64,000 nt of DNA from Salpingoeca rosetta (GCA_033442325.1 JAWQFM010000013.1:1133083-1197082); one strand, 5' to 3'; positions 34,314 through 63,902 are shown, numbered from the stretch's first letter. A program made the numbers and translations. Notes: generated by a model not told the origin, from the sequence alone.

Positions 34314-34972
34314 ATGGCGCTGCTTCGATCTGCTGCGGCCGCAGCTGGTGCTGTGGCTGCTGCTGCTGCTTGTGTTCGCCCTGTCACTGTGGCGGCAAGG
34401 CGGACGGCGATGACCCGTGCGCTTGTGCTGAACAAGGTGGATGACCTCGAGCTCCGCGAGATTGATGTGGACGAGCCCTTCACCGACGATGATGTCCGCA
34501 TCGACATTCACAAAGTCGGCATCTGCGGCTCCGACATCCACTACTACGAGGTGTGCCTGTATGTGCGCTTGTATCTGTGTGTGTGCATGAGCGTGTGCGT
34601 ATGTGTGCGTGTGTGTATGTGTGTGTGTGCGTATGTGTGTGTATGTGTGTGTATATGTGTGTGTGTGTATGTGTGTGTGTGTGTGTCAGTCTGTGTCCTC
34701 GTGCCGCGGGCTTACGTGCACATGTTTGCTTTCGCTTTTGTTTGTTCCCACCTCATTTCCAACGACCAACCAGCATGGAAGCATCCCACCATTCTATGTG
34801 AACGAGCCCATGATCCTCGGCCACGAGGCATCTGGCATCGTCACGGAGGTTGGCAAGAACGTCACACACCTTAAGGTGAGCAGCTGTTGAGCCTGAAATG
34901 ATGGCATCTTCTTCATGAGCGCTCCTCCTTTCCCTCACAGCGCCCCTATGCGTGTGTGTGTGTGTGTGTGTT

Positions 34973-35069
<97 letters not shown>

Positions 35070-37078
35070 ACGCGTGCATGCTGTGGATGTTGTAGGTTGG
35101 AGATCGCGTGTGCATGGAGCCGGGTGTGCCTGATTTCCGCAGCGATATCACGCTTGCTGGCAAGTACAACCTGGATCCCAACGTCCGCTTCTGGGCCACC
35201 CCACCCGCAGACTACGCCACCCAAATCAACGGAGCAGGTATGCGTATGTGCGTCCGTGTGTGCGCGTGCGTGTGTGCGCGTGCGTGTGTGTGCGTGCGTG
35301 CGTGTGTGTGTGCGTGTGCGTGTGCGTGTGTGTGTGTATGTGTGCGTGTGCGTGCGTGCGCGCGTCTCTGCCTCTGCCTCTGCCGCTGTCTCTGCCTCTG
35401 CCGCTGTCTCTGTGTGAAGACCTGTCTATTTGTCTGTGTACCTGTTTATCTTTTCTGTTTGTTTTGTCATGTCAGTCCGTCCGCTCGTCAGAGCTGTGTA
35501 TTGGTGTGGATGACCGTGTCTTTTCCATGCTCTTGGTTGTTGGACACGTGCGCTCATTGCACCACACCACCATCTTCACGCAGGGTCACCGTGGAAGGCT
35601 GGGCACGGCTGCCTCCGCCCGTCCGTGGTGCATCCTGGCGCATTCACGTTCAAGCTCCCCGACAATGTCCCGCTGGAGGTTGGTGCGTTGGTGGAGCCCC
35701 TCTCCGTCGGCATGCACGCCGCTACCAAGGCCCAGATCCGCCCAGGCGCAACGGTCCGTGCGTGTGTGTGTGCGTGTGCGTGTGCGTGCGTGTGCGTGTG
35801 CGTGTGCGTGTGTGTGTGTGTGTGTGGTTGTCCTTTAAGGTGGACACTTGATGCATGCACACATGAACGCAGGCGTCTCTGTGATTATTCATCATCCCAT
35901 CTCATCAACAACACCCGTGTGCTCAACTTCCGACGCCATCACTCCACCCCAACGCCTCAACACCTCACGCCGCCACCGTAGGCTGCTGTGCTCGGTGCGG
36001 GCCCCATTGGAATGGTGACGGTCCTGTCTGCGCTCGCTGCGGGCTGCTCGCGTGTTCTTGTCTCCGACCTCTCCCCTGCAAAGCTGAGCATTGCGGAGTC
36101 GCTCGCCCCAGGCAAGGTGAAGGCATTTCCTGCTGCTGGCGGCAGCGAGATTGATGAGATGAAGGCGCATCTTGGTGGGAAGGGCGCCGATGTCGTCTTT
36201 GAATGCGCCGGTCACCACGACGTCGCAGCAAACGCCGTCAAGGTGGGAACGCACACGTGCTGTTATTGCTGGTGCGTGTGTGTGTGTGTTTGCGTGAGTC
36301 AGTGTTTGGGTGAGTGAGTGAGTGGGTGAGTGAGTGAGTGAGTGTGTGTGAGTGAGTGAGTGAGTGACTGAGTGAGTGTGTGTGTGAGAGTGAGTGAGTG
36401 AGTGAGTGTGTGAGTGTGAGTGTGTGTGTGTGTGTGTGGGTGTACTGTGCGCGTCAATGTGCATCTACGGATGCATAAACGCTGGGTTCCGCATGCGTTT
36501 CAGTGTGTTGTTGCTACTTGTTGTATCGGGCGCTGCCACAGCGCCACCCCGTTGTCCGCTCACAGCGCCATTTTCACACGCCACGGTCGCGTCTTCATAT
36601 GAATGCTGCAGCTTGCTGGTATTGGGGGTCGTGTGATCCTGATTGGATGCGCAGCGCAACCCGTCCCGCTCGACGTCGGCCTCATGCTCGTGAGCTTCAA
36701 TGTTCTGACAAACACGCATACCTACAAGCAAGGGGATTGTTGTACTACTTTGTTAGAGCCATGCATGTGCCAGCTCGGTGCACTGCTCACGGAGCTCAAC
36801 CACACACACGCTTTCTCACGCACACACACACACTCTCTCATGCACGCGTACACACATTTGCACTCTCATCTACAACCATCACGCACACACGTGTCACATA
36901 TGCTGAATATCTGACAGACGAAAGAGCTGACGATGATGGGCATCTTCCGGTATGCGGGGGTGTACCCGGCAGCCATCAATCTCCTGAGTTCCGGCGCAAT
37001 CGACCTCACGCCAATCATCTCAAAGCACTGGACGTACGTGTGCACACAAAAGTGTAATATTCAATCACGCACACACAC

Positions 37079-37111
<33 letters not shown>

Positions 37112-37114
37112 CAG

Positions 37115-37154
<40 letters not shown>

Positions 37155-37331
37155 GGGTATTGCTTGTGCTTTGCTTGCCTTTGTTCAGGTCTCTTGCCTC
37201 ACCATGTGCTGCTCGTGTGTGTTGGTGGCGACAACAGGTTTGATCAGTCTGTTGAGGCGTTTGACTTTGCGCGCAACGCTCCCCCAGATGTCGTCAAGAA
37301 CGTCATCCACGTCCGCAACGACGCCGAGTAA
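34314..37331 (+). CDS. SORD: Xylitol/sorbitol dehydrogenase (Zn-dependent MDR), 8 exons, possible mitochondrial presequence
   Basis: [70 protein letters not shown]-terminus is Arg/Ala-rich and lacks acidic residues. Confidence 0.9.
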
Positions 37332-37729
37332 TGTGATTGCACGAGGTGCATCGATACGCTTGCTCGCGACACCCGTCTCGCCTGCAGTGTGTGTGCTGCG
37401 CGTACGTGTATGCATGCTCGCAGTTGTTGCGTGCACATGTTTGTCCGGTGATCCCCCTCCCCCTTGTCGCTGCACGCTTCTGTTTCTTCTGCCCACTGTT
37501 CTCTTATCTTGCGGTTTATGTCGTGCGTTATCATCATCATCATGAACTTCACACCAACGAGCAACGGCCGAAACAGGGCAGAGAACAATTGTGCACAGAT
37601 AGACGCAGACAGACACACACACACACAGACACACACAGACACACAGACACACACACACACACACACTCAGTGGGGTGAAGTCATGTAACCGAAAGGGGAG
37701 TAACAGAGAGCAATGCACCGCGGTGTCGG

Positions 37730-38442
37730 CTATGCCGTGACGGGCTGTGGATACCGTATCACGATTGTGCCGTTACCGTCATCGTCATCACCACCATCGT
37801 CATCGTCATCCTCATCCTCATCTTCATCCCCGCGGAAGATTGTTCCGGGCGGGGCGTACGCGGGCCGAACTGCCTGCAGCCACCACAGCAGCGGGTTATG
37901 GACATCCTTCGGCGCACCTGAAACAGGGGTGAGAGGCAGAGAGGGTGTTGTTGGTGTGCGTGTGAGTGTGAGTGCGAGTGTGGGTGCGAGTGTGAGAGTG
38001 GGTGCGAGTGTGAGTGCGAGTGTGAGTTTGTGTATCTGTGTATCTGTGTATCTGTGTATCTGTGTATCTGTGTATCTGTGTGATCAAGTGTTTGTGAAAG
38101 TGGGCAGTAATGTAATTCCAAAGCGTGTGGATGGATGCGTACATACCGATAATTTCGCCGCACTGCGCCCGCTGCACATTCCGCGCAATCTGAAATCGCA
38201 AGACAATCAACCATCATGGAGGCGGCGGCGGTGAGCAAAACATGCAAATGCAATTCACACACAGACACACACACAGACACACACAGACACAGACACACAC
38301 ACACACACCTCCATCCATTCGCCATCTGGATCGTAGAACTTGATGCGTGATTTGAACATTGGATGGGTGCTCATCGTTCTGACATCAGCACAACGGAGAG
38401 ACACAAACGCACACCAGCAGCGGTGGAGTGAGTGTTGACGTC

Positions 38443-38521
<79 letters not shown>

Positions 38522-38948
38522 ACGCTTTCAAGTGTGCAGCTGTCGGTATGCGGGAATGTGTGTTGCCGTCTGTGACGTTACGATAACACTTTGTACGTTG
38601 CAAGAGCTGTCATGTTTCATACTCTGACACGACGTTTCCTTCGAGCACTTCCTCCACGTCTTCCTGCGTTGCCATCCGCCCTGACGCAATCAAGCGATCA
38701 AGCAGCATCGGGGAGGAGTTTGCGGTGAAGTGATGTGATGTGGTGAGGACAGGCATGGTTCGAGGTGGCTGGCTGATACTTGACGCGGACGAATGTGCAG
38801 AAACACACATGGAGATGTATACACACATAGATATGCACAGGCAACCAAACAGACAGACAGATAGATAGACAGATAGACACACAGACAGACAGATAGATAG
38901 ACAGGCAGGCAGCCAAACAGACAGACAGACAGACAGACAGATAGATAG

Positions 38949-38984
<36 letters not shown>

Positions 38985-39984
38985 AAATACAAACACACAC
39001 ACAGCCAGACACACACACATCCCACCGCCACTGTTGCCACGGTCGCACCTTCCTGTGCTGCGCGCATGACGGCCTCGTATCGGACGAGTGCAAACCAGAC
39101 GTCGTGGGCGTCGCGGATGTTGAAGCACGCCCGCGCAGCCATGATCAGCCCAATGTAGTCCGCCTGCGGTGGCGGTGGTGAGGAGAGACAAGGGGGTGTG
39201 GTGAGGTGGGGTTGAGGCAGGAGGGTTGGTGTTTCAGCAAAGGACTGTGCGAGAGTGGCGATGATGATGGAGGAGATGGCACGTGTGAACGACATTTAGC
39301 CCGCACACGTGCGTGAATTCGGCACACTCTGGTAGATCACCTCAATCTCGCAGCTTCTGCTTTTTGGCAACATGAAGAACACGTCGATCATCCTGAGGAG
39401 CAGCATTGCAGTTGGTGTGAAATGCGGTTGTAAGCAGAGCGGATGGAAACTGAATAACGAATACGAATGTGCACACGCATGTGCACACGCACGTGCAAAC
39501 ACCGCCTCTCACAGCCGCACAACCACAACCACGCGCAATCACAACCATAACCATTTGCGTGCAAGGATAACACAGCATTGGAGACTGACGATTGGAGGTA
39601 AGGGCTGGCGTGTTCCTTGCCCAGCAGCGTGCTGACGATTTTGTTGAGCACAAACGCAAGAAACGTGTGCCCAATCGCTTCCGAGGTGTGCTCTGTCGTA
39701 AATAAAGCGTCGTGTGAATGCGGTTATTTTTGTGCAAGTGTGTGTGCGTGAGTGTGAATGTGTTTCTGTGCGGCTTGTAGTTCTCCTCCTCCCCCTCCAC
39801 CACCACCGCCATTACAACGCACGGGCGACGTAGTGGCCGAGCTCGTGCCCGATGACGAGTGCAATCTTGTCCGCGTCGTAATTCAACAGCTCCAGCAGCG
39901 CCGTGTTCACCAGCACCAGTCCGCCTGATTCAAGGGGGAAGTTGGTGTGTGTGTATGTGTGCGAGTGAGTGTGTGTGTGAGTGT

Positions 39985-40033
<49 letters not shown>

Positions 40034-41539
40034 CTCTACGGAGATTGGTGACAATGATGCGCGTGTTATGTTGTGATGTTTTTCAGCGACCATCACCTCC
40101 TGTTTTTCAGCGACCATCACCTCCTGTGCACGACGCATTCGGATCCCGTGAAGCGACGACCCGAAACTGACGGTGGTGATGTGAACCATCAACATACAGT
40201 GAGGAGCTTGGGGATGGTGGTATTGGAAAGGATGGTCTTCCTTACATGAAACACACATACACGTACGCACACACACACATATGCACACACACACACACAC
40301 ACGAACGCGAATGTCATCGAGGCAGAGGTGGCAGCCCGGCATGCCGGCGTCCTTGTTCTCCTGCTCGAGCTTCTTGAGGAACGATGCGTGCGATTTCTTG
40401 AACCGGTCTACGATATCGGCCACAAACTTGTGCTCGTCCGACGTCGTTGGCAGTAGCGCTTCCGACACTTGCTCCAGCAGCACCTTTCACCGCAACACGC
40501 GTTCATGTGTGTGTGTGTGTGAACGTGTGTGTGAATGAAGGTGTCAAATGGACGTGCAGGTGTGGAAGCAAGTTAAAAGAGTCACCGACACGGCTGCACA
40601 GGCACTGGCAACCACACCTCATCCATTGCAGCGAAGAACGGTTCGGCGAGCCAGTCCGGGATGGGCTTCAGCCGCCGCCTGCCTGCAAAAGCGCAATGGC
40701 ATAAAATCCATTGTCTCGCGTTACACGAACAGGACCACTGGCGTACGGACACGTGGCTACACAAGCTCGAGACACATGGAGACAGGTACATGCACGCAGC
40801 AGCAGCGATGTGCGAAAGACAGCCTCACACAAAATCACGCGCAAAGGCACAGACCTGTGAGCGGCACGGTTTCGATGCGCGAGATGAGGTAAGCGGTGAT
40901 GGTGAGGGCCGGGACGAGGATGATGGGGCGGAGGAACAGCGGCTTCCGCATCAGTACTGCAGCAGCGCAATGTGTTTCGTGCGTTGCGAGCGTTTGTGGG
41001 TGAACGGCGCACGCGCGGTGAGATGATGTGCAAGCGATGGCGTCAATACGAAGCAAACTGCAGCCAAGCAGAAGGCAGCAAGCAAGGAACCACGAGCAAG
41101 AGCAGCGCAGGACATACAGTAATGATGCGCAGGCAAGCAAACAGACCAATTTTGTCCATCAAGTTGTGTGGGAACCGCTTGCGGCCAGCGGCGTTGACAG
41201 GGCCTTTCGAGCTGCGGCTGAAGATGCCTTTTGCTGCTCCACGGACCGGCACCACAGTAAACGCGGTGGATGAGATTGCACGCTTTCACCGCCACTCACA
41301 GTGATGCAGCGAACTGTGCAGTGCGACACCGATGGACACGCGACAGCAGGGACAATAGAGAGAGCAGTGATAGCAGTGATAGCAGAGCAGACCAAAACAC
41401 AAGCAACAAACACAGACGTGTCCAACTGACCAGACTCGATGTAAGGGAACTTTGCTCGCGGAGGCGTGGCGTTGTGGTAGTGCAACGAGCGCCGCGCACC
41501 CTGCAGCAGCCACCTGCTCACCCGCACAGGCGCCACCAT
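37730..41539 (-). CDS. OMA1: OMA1-like M48 zinc metallopeptidase, multi-exon
   Basis: ETVPLTG|[37 protein letters not shown] (HExxH), SRSCEIE|[18 protein letters not shown] motif near 38365. Presequence-like N-terminus [17 protein letters not shown]. 3' end tentative. Confidence 0.8.
40077..40124 (-). repeat. 24-bp tandem duplication spanning an OMA1 splice donor
   Basis: tgtttttcagcgaccatcacctcc occurs twice in tandem. Confidence 0.93.
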
Positions 41540-41817
41540 CCTCGTGGCTGCTGTGTGTTGTGTGTGTGGGTGTTGTGTGGGTGGTGTTGTGTGTGTCAGT
41601 GAACTGTCGTCTCGCACGACTGTTGGTTGGCTGGTACTGTGTTGTGTTGTGTGGTGGGCTGGGTGCTGGGTGCTTCTGGAAAACGTGTTTTCCTGTTTTC
41701 CCCACGCAATTTCCTGCGCACATTGCAACACCAGATACAAGACACAACACACGAGCAACACCGAGCAACACCAAAGCAAGCAAGCAACAAGCAAGCGAGC
41801 CGACTCCAAGCACAGAG

Positions 41818-44609
<2,792 letters not shown>

Positions 44610-45052
44610 TGGTGGTGATGATTGTGATGATGGTGATGATGATGGAATATGCTTGCGCTTGGTGTCTTGCACTAGCCCCAGCATTACACAATGGAACCCA
44701 ACGTTTACAACGCCCTCCTTTGTATACTCGCGCTTGGTGAGCTATTCCAAGCCGCACTCACAACACATGCGCGTCGAAGGCGTGTATTCCAAGAAGAGAA
44801 GAGAACAGGAAGCGAGAAACCACTGAATCGATTGTAACATGAAGGTATAACAAGTGGAGGGGGGGGGGAACAAGGCATTCAACAAACCAGCAGCATTGAC
44901 AACTCCACTCAACATCCACCCATGTCAAATCAACTCAAATTCAACACCGCCGCCGCCACCACCTCCGTCGTCGTCTTCACCATCACCACCACCACCACCA
45001 CCACCATCATCATCATCATCGTCATCATCATCACCACCACGACTCCGGCCTC

Positions 45053-46957
45053 CTACACGTCGATGAAGGGCCCGTAGTAGCCGTTGTAGCGGTGGATGTA
45101 CGCCTCGCACGCCTGTGGAATGGGCCAGCCAGGCTTCCACGTCAGCGTGTGGCTCTGCCAGTACGCGAGCCGCTGCTTGAGGTCTGCAACAACGTCGGGG
45201 TGTTGCGCGGCCACGTCGTGGTGCTCGGTTGGGTCCTGCTCAATGTTGAAGAGGCAGCCGGCTGTGCAGTTGACGGCACCGGCAGGCACACCCCCGCCTG
45301 TTGTCGTGGCGTTGGGGTACTTTGGGCCCGTCCACTGGCCGTATTGGAGGTTGTCGCCCACAATCAGCTTCCAGGGCGGGCGCACGATGAGCGGCGACTG
45401 GTCAAAGGTGATCGGGTACTCCACACGTGGCGACGTGCTGTTGGCGCCCGACAGCAGCGACCACAGGCTCTGCGAGTCGATGGCGGGCAGGTTCGCCTTC
45501 TTGGCAATGGGGTCCTCGCACGCAACGCCGGCCAACTCGCAGAAGGTGGCCATCCAGTCCGCCAGGACGACCAGGCCCGTCTCGACCTGTCCACGGCGAT
45601 GCGAGGGGAGGAACCCGCCGTTGACAAAAGCGTTGACGCGAATGCCGCCCTGGAAGGGGCTCAGCTTCCCGCCACGCAGCGGCCAGTTGCTCGCGCCGCC
45701 GCACAGGCTGGCGTCCATCCCGTCCAGGCACTGGTAGATGGCGCCGCCGTTATCCGAGTGCACGACCAGCAGCGTGTTCTCCCACATGCCCTTGGCCTTG
45801 AGCGCGGCCGTGATGTTGCCGACAACGTCGTCGGCTGCCAGCACCATCGCCTGGTACGTGCGGCGGATCGGGTCGGGGATGTGCTGGAAGCGGTCCAGGT
45901 ACGCCTGGGGCACCTGCAGCGGGGCGTGCGCAATGTGGCTGGCGTAGTACAGGAACAGCGGCGTGGAGGCGTCGTGCTTGGAGATGACGTCGAGCGCGTG
46001 GTCGCGGAACACGTGTTCCTCGTATGTGCCGATTGGAGCGTCGGCAGGCTCCGTGCTGTTCCACAGGTCCACAAACCCCGTCACATACTTCAGCAGCTGG
46101 CACTTGACGGGGAACTGGACGGACACGGTGTCCGTGTAGTTGTAGGCATAGTAGTTGTTGTCGTGGTTGAAGTAGTGCAGGGACGAGTCAAACCCACGCC
46201 CAAGCGGCGAGTGCTGTGGGGTGGCAATGCCCGCATCCCACTTGCCCACCATGTGCGTCTTATACCCAGCCTTCCTCATAAACGCCGGAATCGTGGTCTG
46301 CGTGTGTAATACGTAAAACGTGCGTCATGTGTAATGTGTGTGTGAGTGGATGGAAGGACCAAGTCGTGTTGGGGGGCAGGGGAACAGGACATACAAAGAA
46401 TGCAACAGGGAAAGGGTGGATGTGAGCGAGACACTCTCGCACAACACAACATACACAAACACAAACAAACAAGCAAGCACACATACACACAAACACAAAC
46501 AAACAAACAAACATACGCACAACAAACAAACACGAGCGCATACACAAAACTCACCATGTTGCGAGGGATGCCAACGCCGGCCGTGTCTGGGTGTTGGGAG
46601 TCCCAGCTGGCGGAGCTGACGCGGTTGGAGTGGAACACATGCAAGGGCAGACGACCAGAGAGGAAGCTGGAACGGCTCGGTGTGCACCAAAAATACGAGT
46701 ACGCCTGATCCAGCAGCAGTCCATCCCGTGCCAGTTTGTCCATGTTTGGCGTCTTGGCCTCTGTTTGGTTGCGAATGCCAAAGTTGTGGAAGCCCCAATC
46801 TGTTTTGGCATCACGTGTGAGAGTGAGTGAGTGAGTGAGTGAGTGAGTGAGTGAGTGAGTGAGTGAGTGAGTGAGAGGAAGCACACAGTACGCAGGAAGA
46901 AAGCAAGAGAAGCAAAGGTTAACCATGCACACACTCACTCAATCACTCAATCACTCA

Positions 46958-46988
<31 letters not shown>

Positions 46989-47136
46989 CGTCGATCATGA
47001 TGAAGACAATGTGGGGCTTGGGGGCGTCTGCTCTCACGGCAGCGCTTGCAGCATGCTGAGCGCAACCCAGCAGTGATACTGCAAACACCACCCAGACCAC
47101 CGCCGCCAACGGCACAGCCAGTGCGCAGTGCATCAT
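45053..47136 (-). CDS. Arylsulfatase B-like secreted sulfatase, 3 exons (47136-46989, 46799-46556, 46297-45053)
   Basis: Signal peptide; PHIVFIMID|DWG; formylglycine motif CTPSRSSFLSGR; GYKTHMVGKW; RGFD; HAPLQVP; SDNGG; NWPLRGGK; LFNIEQDPTE. Confidence 0.93.
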
Positions 47137-47345
47137 CGTTGTTTGTTTGTTTGTTTGTTTGTGTTTGTGGAAATTTCGTCGTATCTTTCGTGGCTGTTGT
47201 TGCGCTCACACTGGAGCAGCAATCCAAACAGTTGTTCGATGTGTGACATGACATGAGACTATCCTTCATTCACTGTGCAGACACACACACACACACACAC
47301 ACCATTACACAAGACACACACAACTACGCAGACACACAAAGAGAG

Positions 47346-60583
<13,238 letters not shown>

Positions 60584-60693
60584 CTTCCTTCGTGCACTGT
60601 TACCGCAAAGGGCAAAATTGCTTTTGATTGAGAATCGAGAAAGGCAGTTTTGCCTTTGAGGTTTTTGTTTTTGTTTGTCAAAGTCAGTGGACG
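60584..60693. promoter_or_regulatory. Putative bidirectional promoter THADA/SDR (110 bp) containing an imperfect palindrome at 60606-60658
   Basis: Head-to-head ATGs; caaagggcaaaattgcttttgatt-gag-aatcgagaaaggcagttttgcctttg. Confidence 0.55.
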
Positions 60694-61102
60694 ATGGTGA
60701 TGGTTGGTGGCTGTGCCAGCGTGCTGGCTGGAGCACGAGCACGGCTGTCGCTGTTGCGCCGAGGAGTGCTGCCGTCATCAGCAGCAGCGAGGGTGCGTGT
60801 ATTGGGACGCACGCAGCCTCGATTCTTGGCGACGACGCAAGAACGTGGTGGTGACCGGGTGGCGCTGGTGACCGGCGGTAGCCAAGGCATTGGCAGGGCA
60901 ACGGTGGACAAGTTCCTTGAAGAAGGCTGGCACGTCGTGAACGTGGACACGGACAACACAGTGTTTTCGGAGCTGAAGGACAAAGCAAGCCGCAACAACC
61001 GTCGCATTGTCAACATCCACGCAGACGTTGCTGATGATGGCGTGGCCAGCGATGCCGTCTCCAGGACCGTCAACGAGTGAGTCTGTGTATGGAGTGAGTG
61101 AG

Positions 61103-61162
<60 letters not shown>

Positions 61163-61887
61163 TGTGTGTGTGTGTGTGTGTGTCGGGACGCGACTTGTGG
61201 TGATTGGTCTGTCGTTGTTGTTTAGCTCTGGTTGTCTGTCTTCGACTGGTTAACACGACATGGTGCAACACACACGCGCATCCGTGTGCACTCGTGCGCT
61301 CGTGCGCTCGCTGTTGGCAGGTTTGGTCAGCTGGACTGCCTCGTGAACAACGCGGGAATCTTGCCTGTGGATACTGTCCGCCCTGCGCACGAGTATTCCT
61401 TGGAGAACTGGCATCGCATTCTTCACGTCAACCTTCACTCTGCGTTCTACTTTTCCCGCGCCGTGAGTGAATGTTGCTCAGGACTTCAGCAAGCGGGAAA
61501 CAGCAGGATATGCTTCTTGTTGTTGCTATTGATGCTGTTGGTGTAGGCCAACACAGGCCGTATCTCAACCGCTGTGTTCACATGACCACGGCTCAATCTT
61601 GTTCTGTTCCTCTGCTGCATGCACACAACCAAGGCACTTCGGGTGATGGTGGACCAGCATGAGAAGACAGGCAACCCTGGCGGCGTGATTGTCAACATTG
61701 GCAGTGTGCACGGGCTGCAAACTGCCCACGGCGTCTCTGCCTATGCAGCTTCAAAGGGGGCCATCCTTTCGCTCACACGGCAGGTGTGCTTTTTTTTGGG
61801 GGGGGTGGGGGCTTGCTTCAGGGTCGTCGCCGTTGACTGCTTGTTCGGTGGCGACTGTGTTGCTGTTGGTGATTGCGTGTCAGAATG

Positions 61888-61962
<75 letters not shown>

Positions 61963-62875
61963 TAACCCAGCTTGCACTGGACTATGGCAAATATGGCATT
62001 CGCGTGCTCGCTGTCAACCCTGGAACGGTAAGTCTGCGGCGTGTTTGTCCTCCTCGTCACAACTATCTATGTGAAGCGTGTCGCACGATCATCTGTATAT
62101 GAATACTGTGCTCTACACGGCACTTGCGTGCGTCTTCCCTGCTGAGCTGCTTGTCAGCCGCACCCACTCCACACACACACACACACGCACACACACACAC
62201 ACGCGTACACACACACACTCTCTCTCGCTGACACCCTCGCACTCGCACACACACACACACTCACTCACTCACTCTGATCTCCCTTGCTCTGCCAATGCAG
62301 ATTCTCACACCGAGCGTGCGTCGCATCCTGGCTGCGTATGACGAAACGGAAGAGGACGCCGGCGCCAACTATCCGCTGCAGCAGCGCGCGGGGAAGCCAT
62401 CAGAGGTGAGACATATGCAGATGCTGGGAGTAAGGAGCTCGTGTGTATGTGTTTGAGGAAGGTGAGCTGTCGGAGGGTGTGCAAAAATGTGTGTGTGTGT
62501 ATGTGTGTGTATGTGTGTGTGTGTGGGGAGGGGGTGGGTGGGTGTCAAGCGTGAAATACTGGACACGCCAATGCAACCGTTCTTACAGCTTGCTTCCACT
62601 TTTGCACCCCCCCCCACCACTCTGCACACGTGCACAGGTTGCGAGCGTCGTTCACTTTTTGGCCACGGATGGTGCATCATTCATGACGGGATCGCACGTG
62701 GAAGTTGATGGGGTGAGTCAATGATGCATTGTGCCAGGAGGTGTAAGGGGCGACAGATGCCCTTGCCCTTATGCCGGCAGTGATGTCGCGTTTGCTGCTT
62801 TGCGAGCTGTGCCCCCTCGCATTCAACACGTTAACACTTCTTTTCCCGTCACTCGGACAATGCCTCGTTTCTCCG

Positions 62876-62962
<87 letters not shown>

Positions 62963-62996
62963 CTAGGGTATCACGATTGTGGGATCATGGGAATGA
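60694..62996 (+). CDS. Classical short-chain dehydrogenase/reductase with presequence-like N-terminus, 7 exons
   Basis: VALVTGGSQGIG, LVNNAG, IVNIGSVH, YAASK, VLAVNPG, FLATDGASFMTGSHVEVDG|GITIVGSWE*. Last exon 62967-62996. Confidence 0.88.
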
Positions 62997-63637
62997 CTTG
63001 AAAGCGGTTCTTGGTCTGCGCTTGGCCGCACCTGTTCGGTTGAAATGGAAGTGGGTGAACGCACCTAAGGATGCAGTCCCGAATGCGCCCGTGTACTTGG
63101 TTCCAAACTTCTAGCCCTCGCCTCGTGGTCACGCCTCCTCACACCCTCAACCTGAACAAGGTACAAACGTCGTCACAATAAACAAGCTCTTAAGAACGCT
63201 TGCTTGCAGGCACGGCCTTTCGTTTGGGACCCAAGGGTCCGTGCATCACCGGTGCTTGAGCTCCAACCCAACCCCCCCCCCCCAACCCCAATCTCCTGCT
63301 CCTGTTTTGTTGCCTGTGGTGTGACAACAACACACTTGTCACTTTGCTTAACGCATGAGCGTGTATCGTGGAATCTTTCCTTCACGTGCTCCCCTGTTCT
63401 CTGAATCATCTCTTCTTCTTACCCAAGCAATCACGTATCTCATGTCATGCGCAGTCTTCTTTATACGTACACAAGCGTTCATTGATTGGTTAGTCTCAAC
63501 ACTACCAGAACACACCTTCCTCACACCTTCACACCCATTGCCTGCAAGCACACGAAACCACTGAACGTACATAACGCGGGCATGCCAACAGCTCAACAGA
63601 CACACACACACACACACACACACACACATCAAGATGG

Positions 63638-63885
63638 TCAATGTGGTGTGCTGCCTCCTTCCAAGGGCGGGTTGTTCTGGGTCATTGCGCGATAGAACCC
63701 TGTGCCTGCGGACATGACGGCGGTGATGGTCGTGTTGGAGTTGAGGTTTGGGAACATGTTCATGACGCTCCACATGACTTCTGGGGTGATGGTGGAGGAG
63801 TTTGTTGCGTGCATGAGTTTGTTGGCGGGATCGCGGCGGTCATCGCTCGCAGGAACGGGCTTCCAGTGGTCGTAGTTGGTCTCCA
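63638..63885 (-). CDS. NAAA: Terminal exon of a second NAAA/acid-ceramidase paralogue; rest of gene beyond right edge
   Basis: Acceptor tttgtgtag then (V)ETNYDHWKPVPASDDRRDPANK...; near-identical to exon 10424-10647. Confidence 0.88.
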
Positions 63886-63902
63886 CTACACAAAGTGTGT
63901 GT

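Noticed and set aside
45092-46309. 405-aa plus-strand ORF opposite the sulfatase
   Set aside because: Antisense shadow of a GC3-rich coding exon with no recognisable motifs. The same applies to 12008-13444 and 48054-49394.
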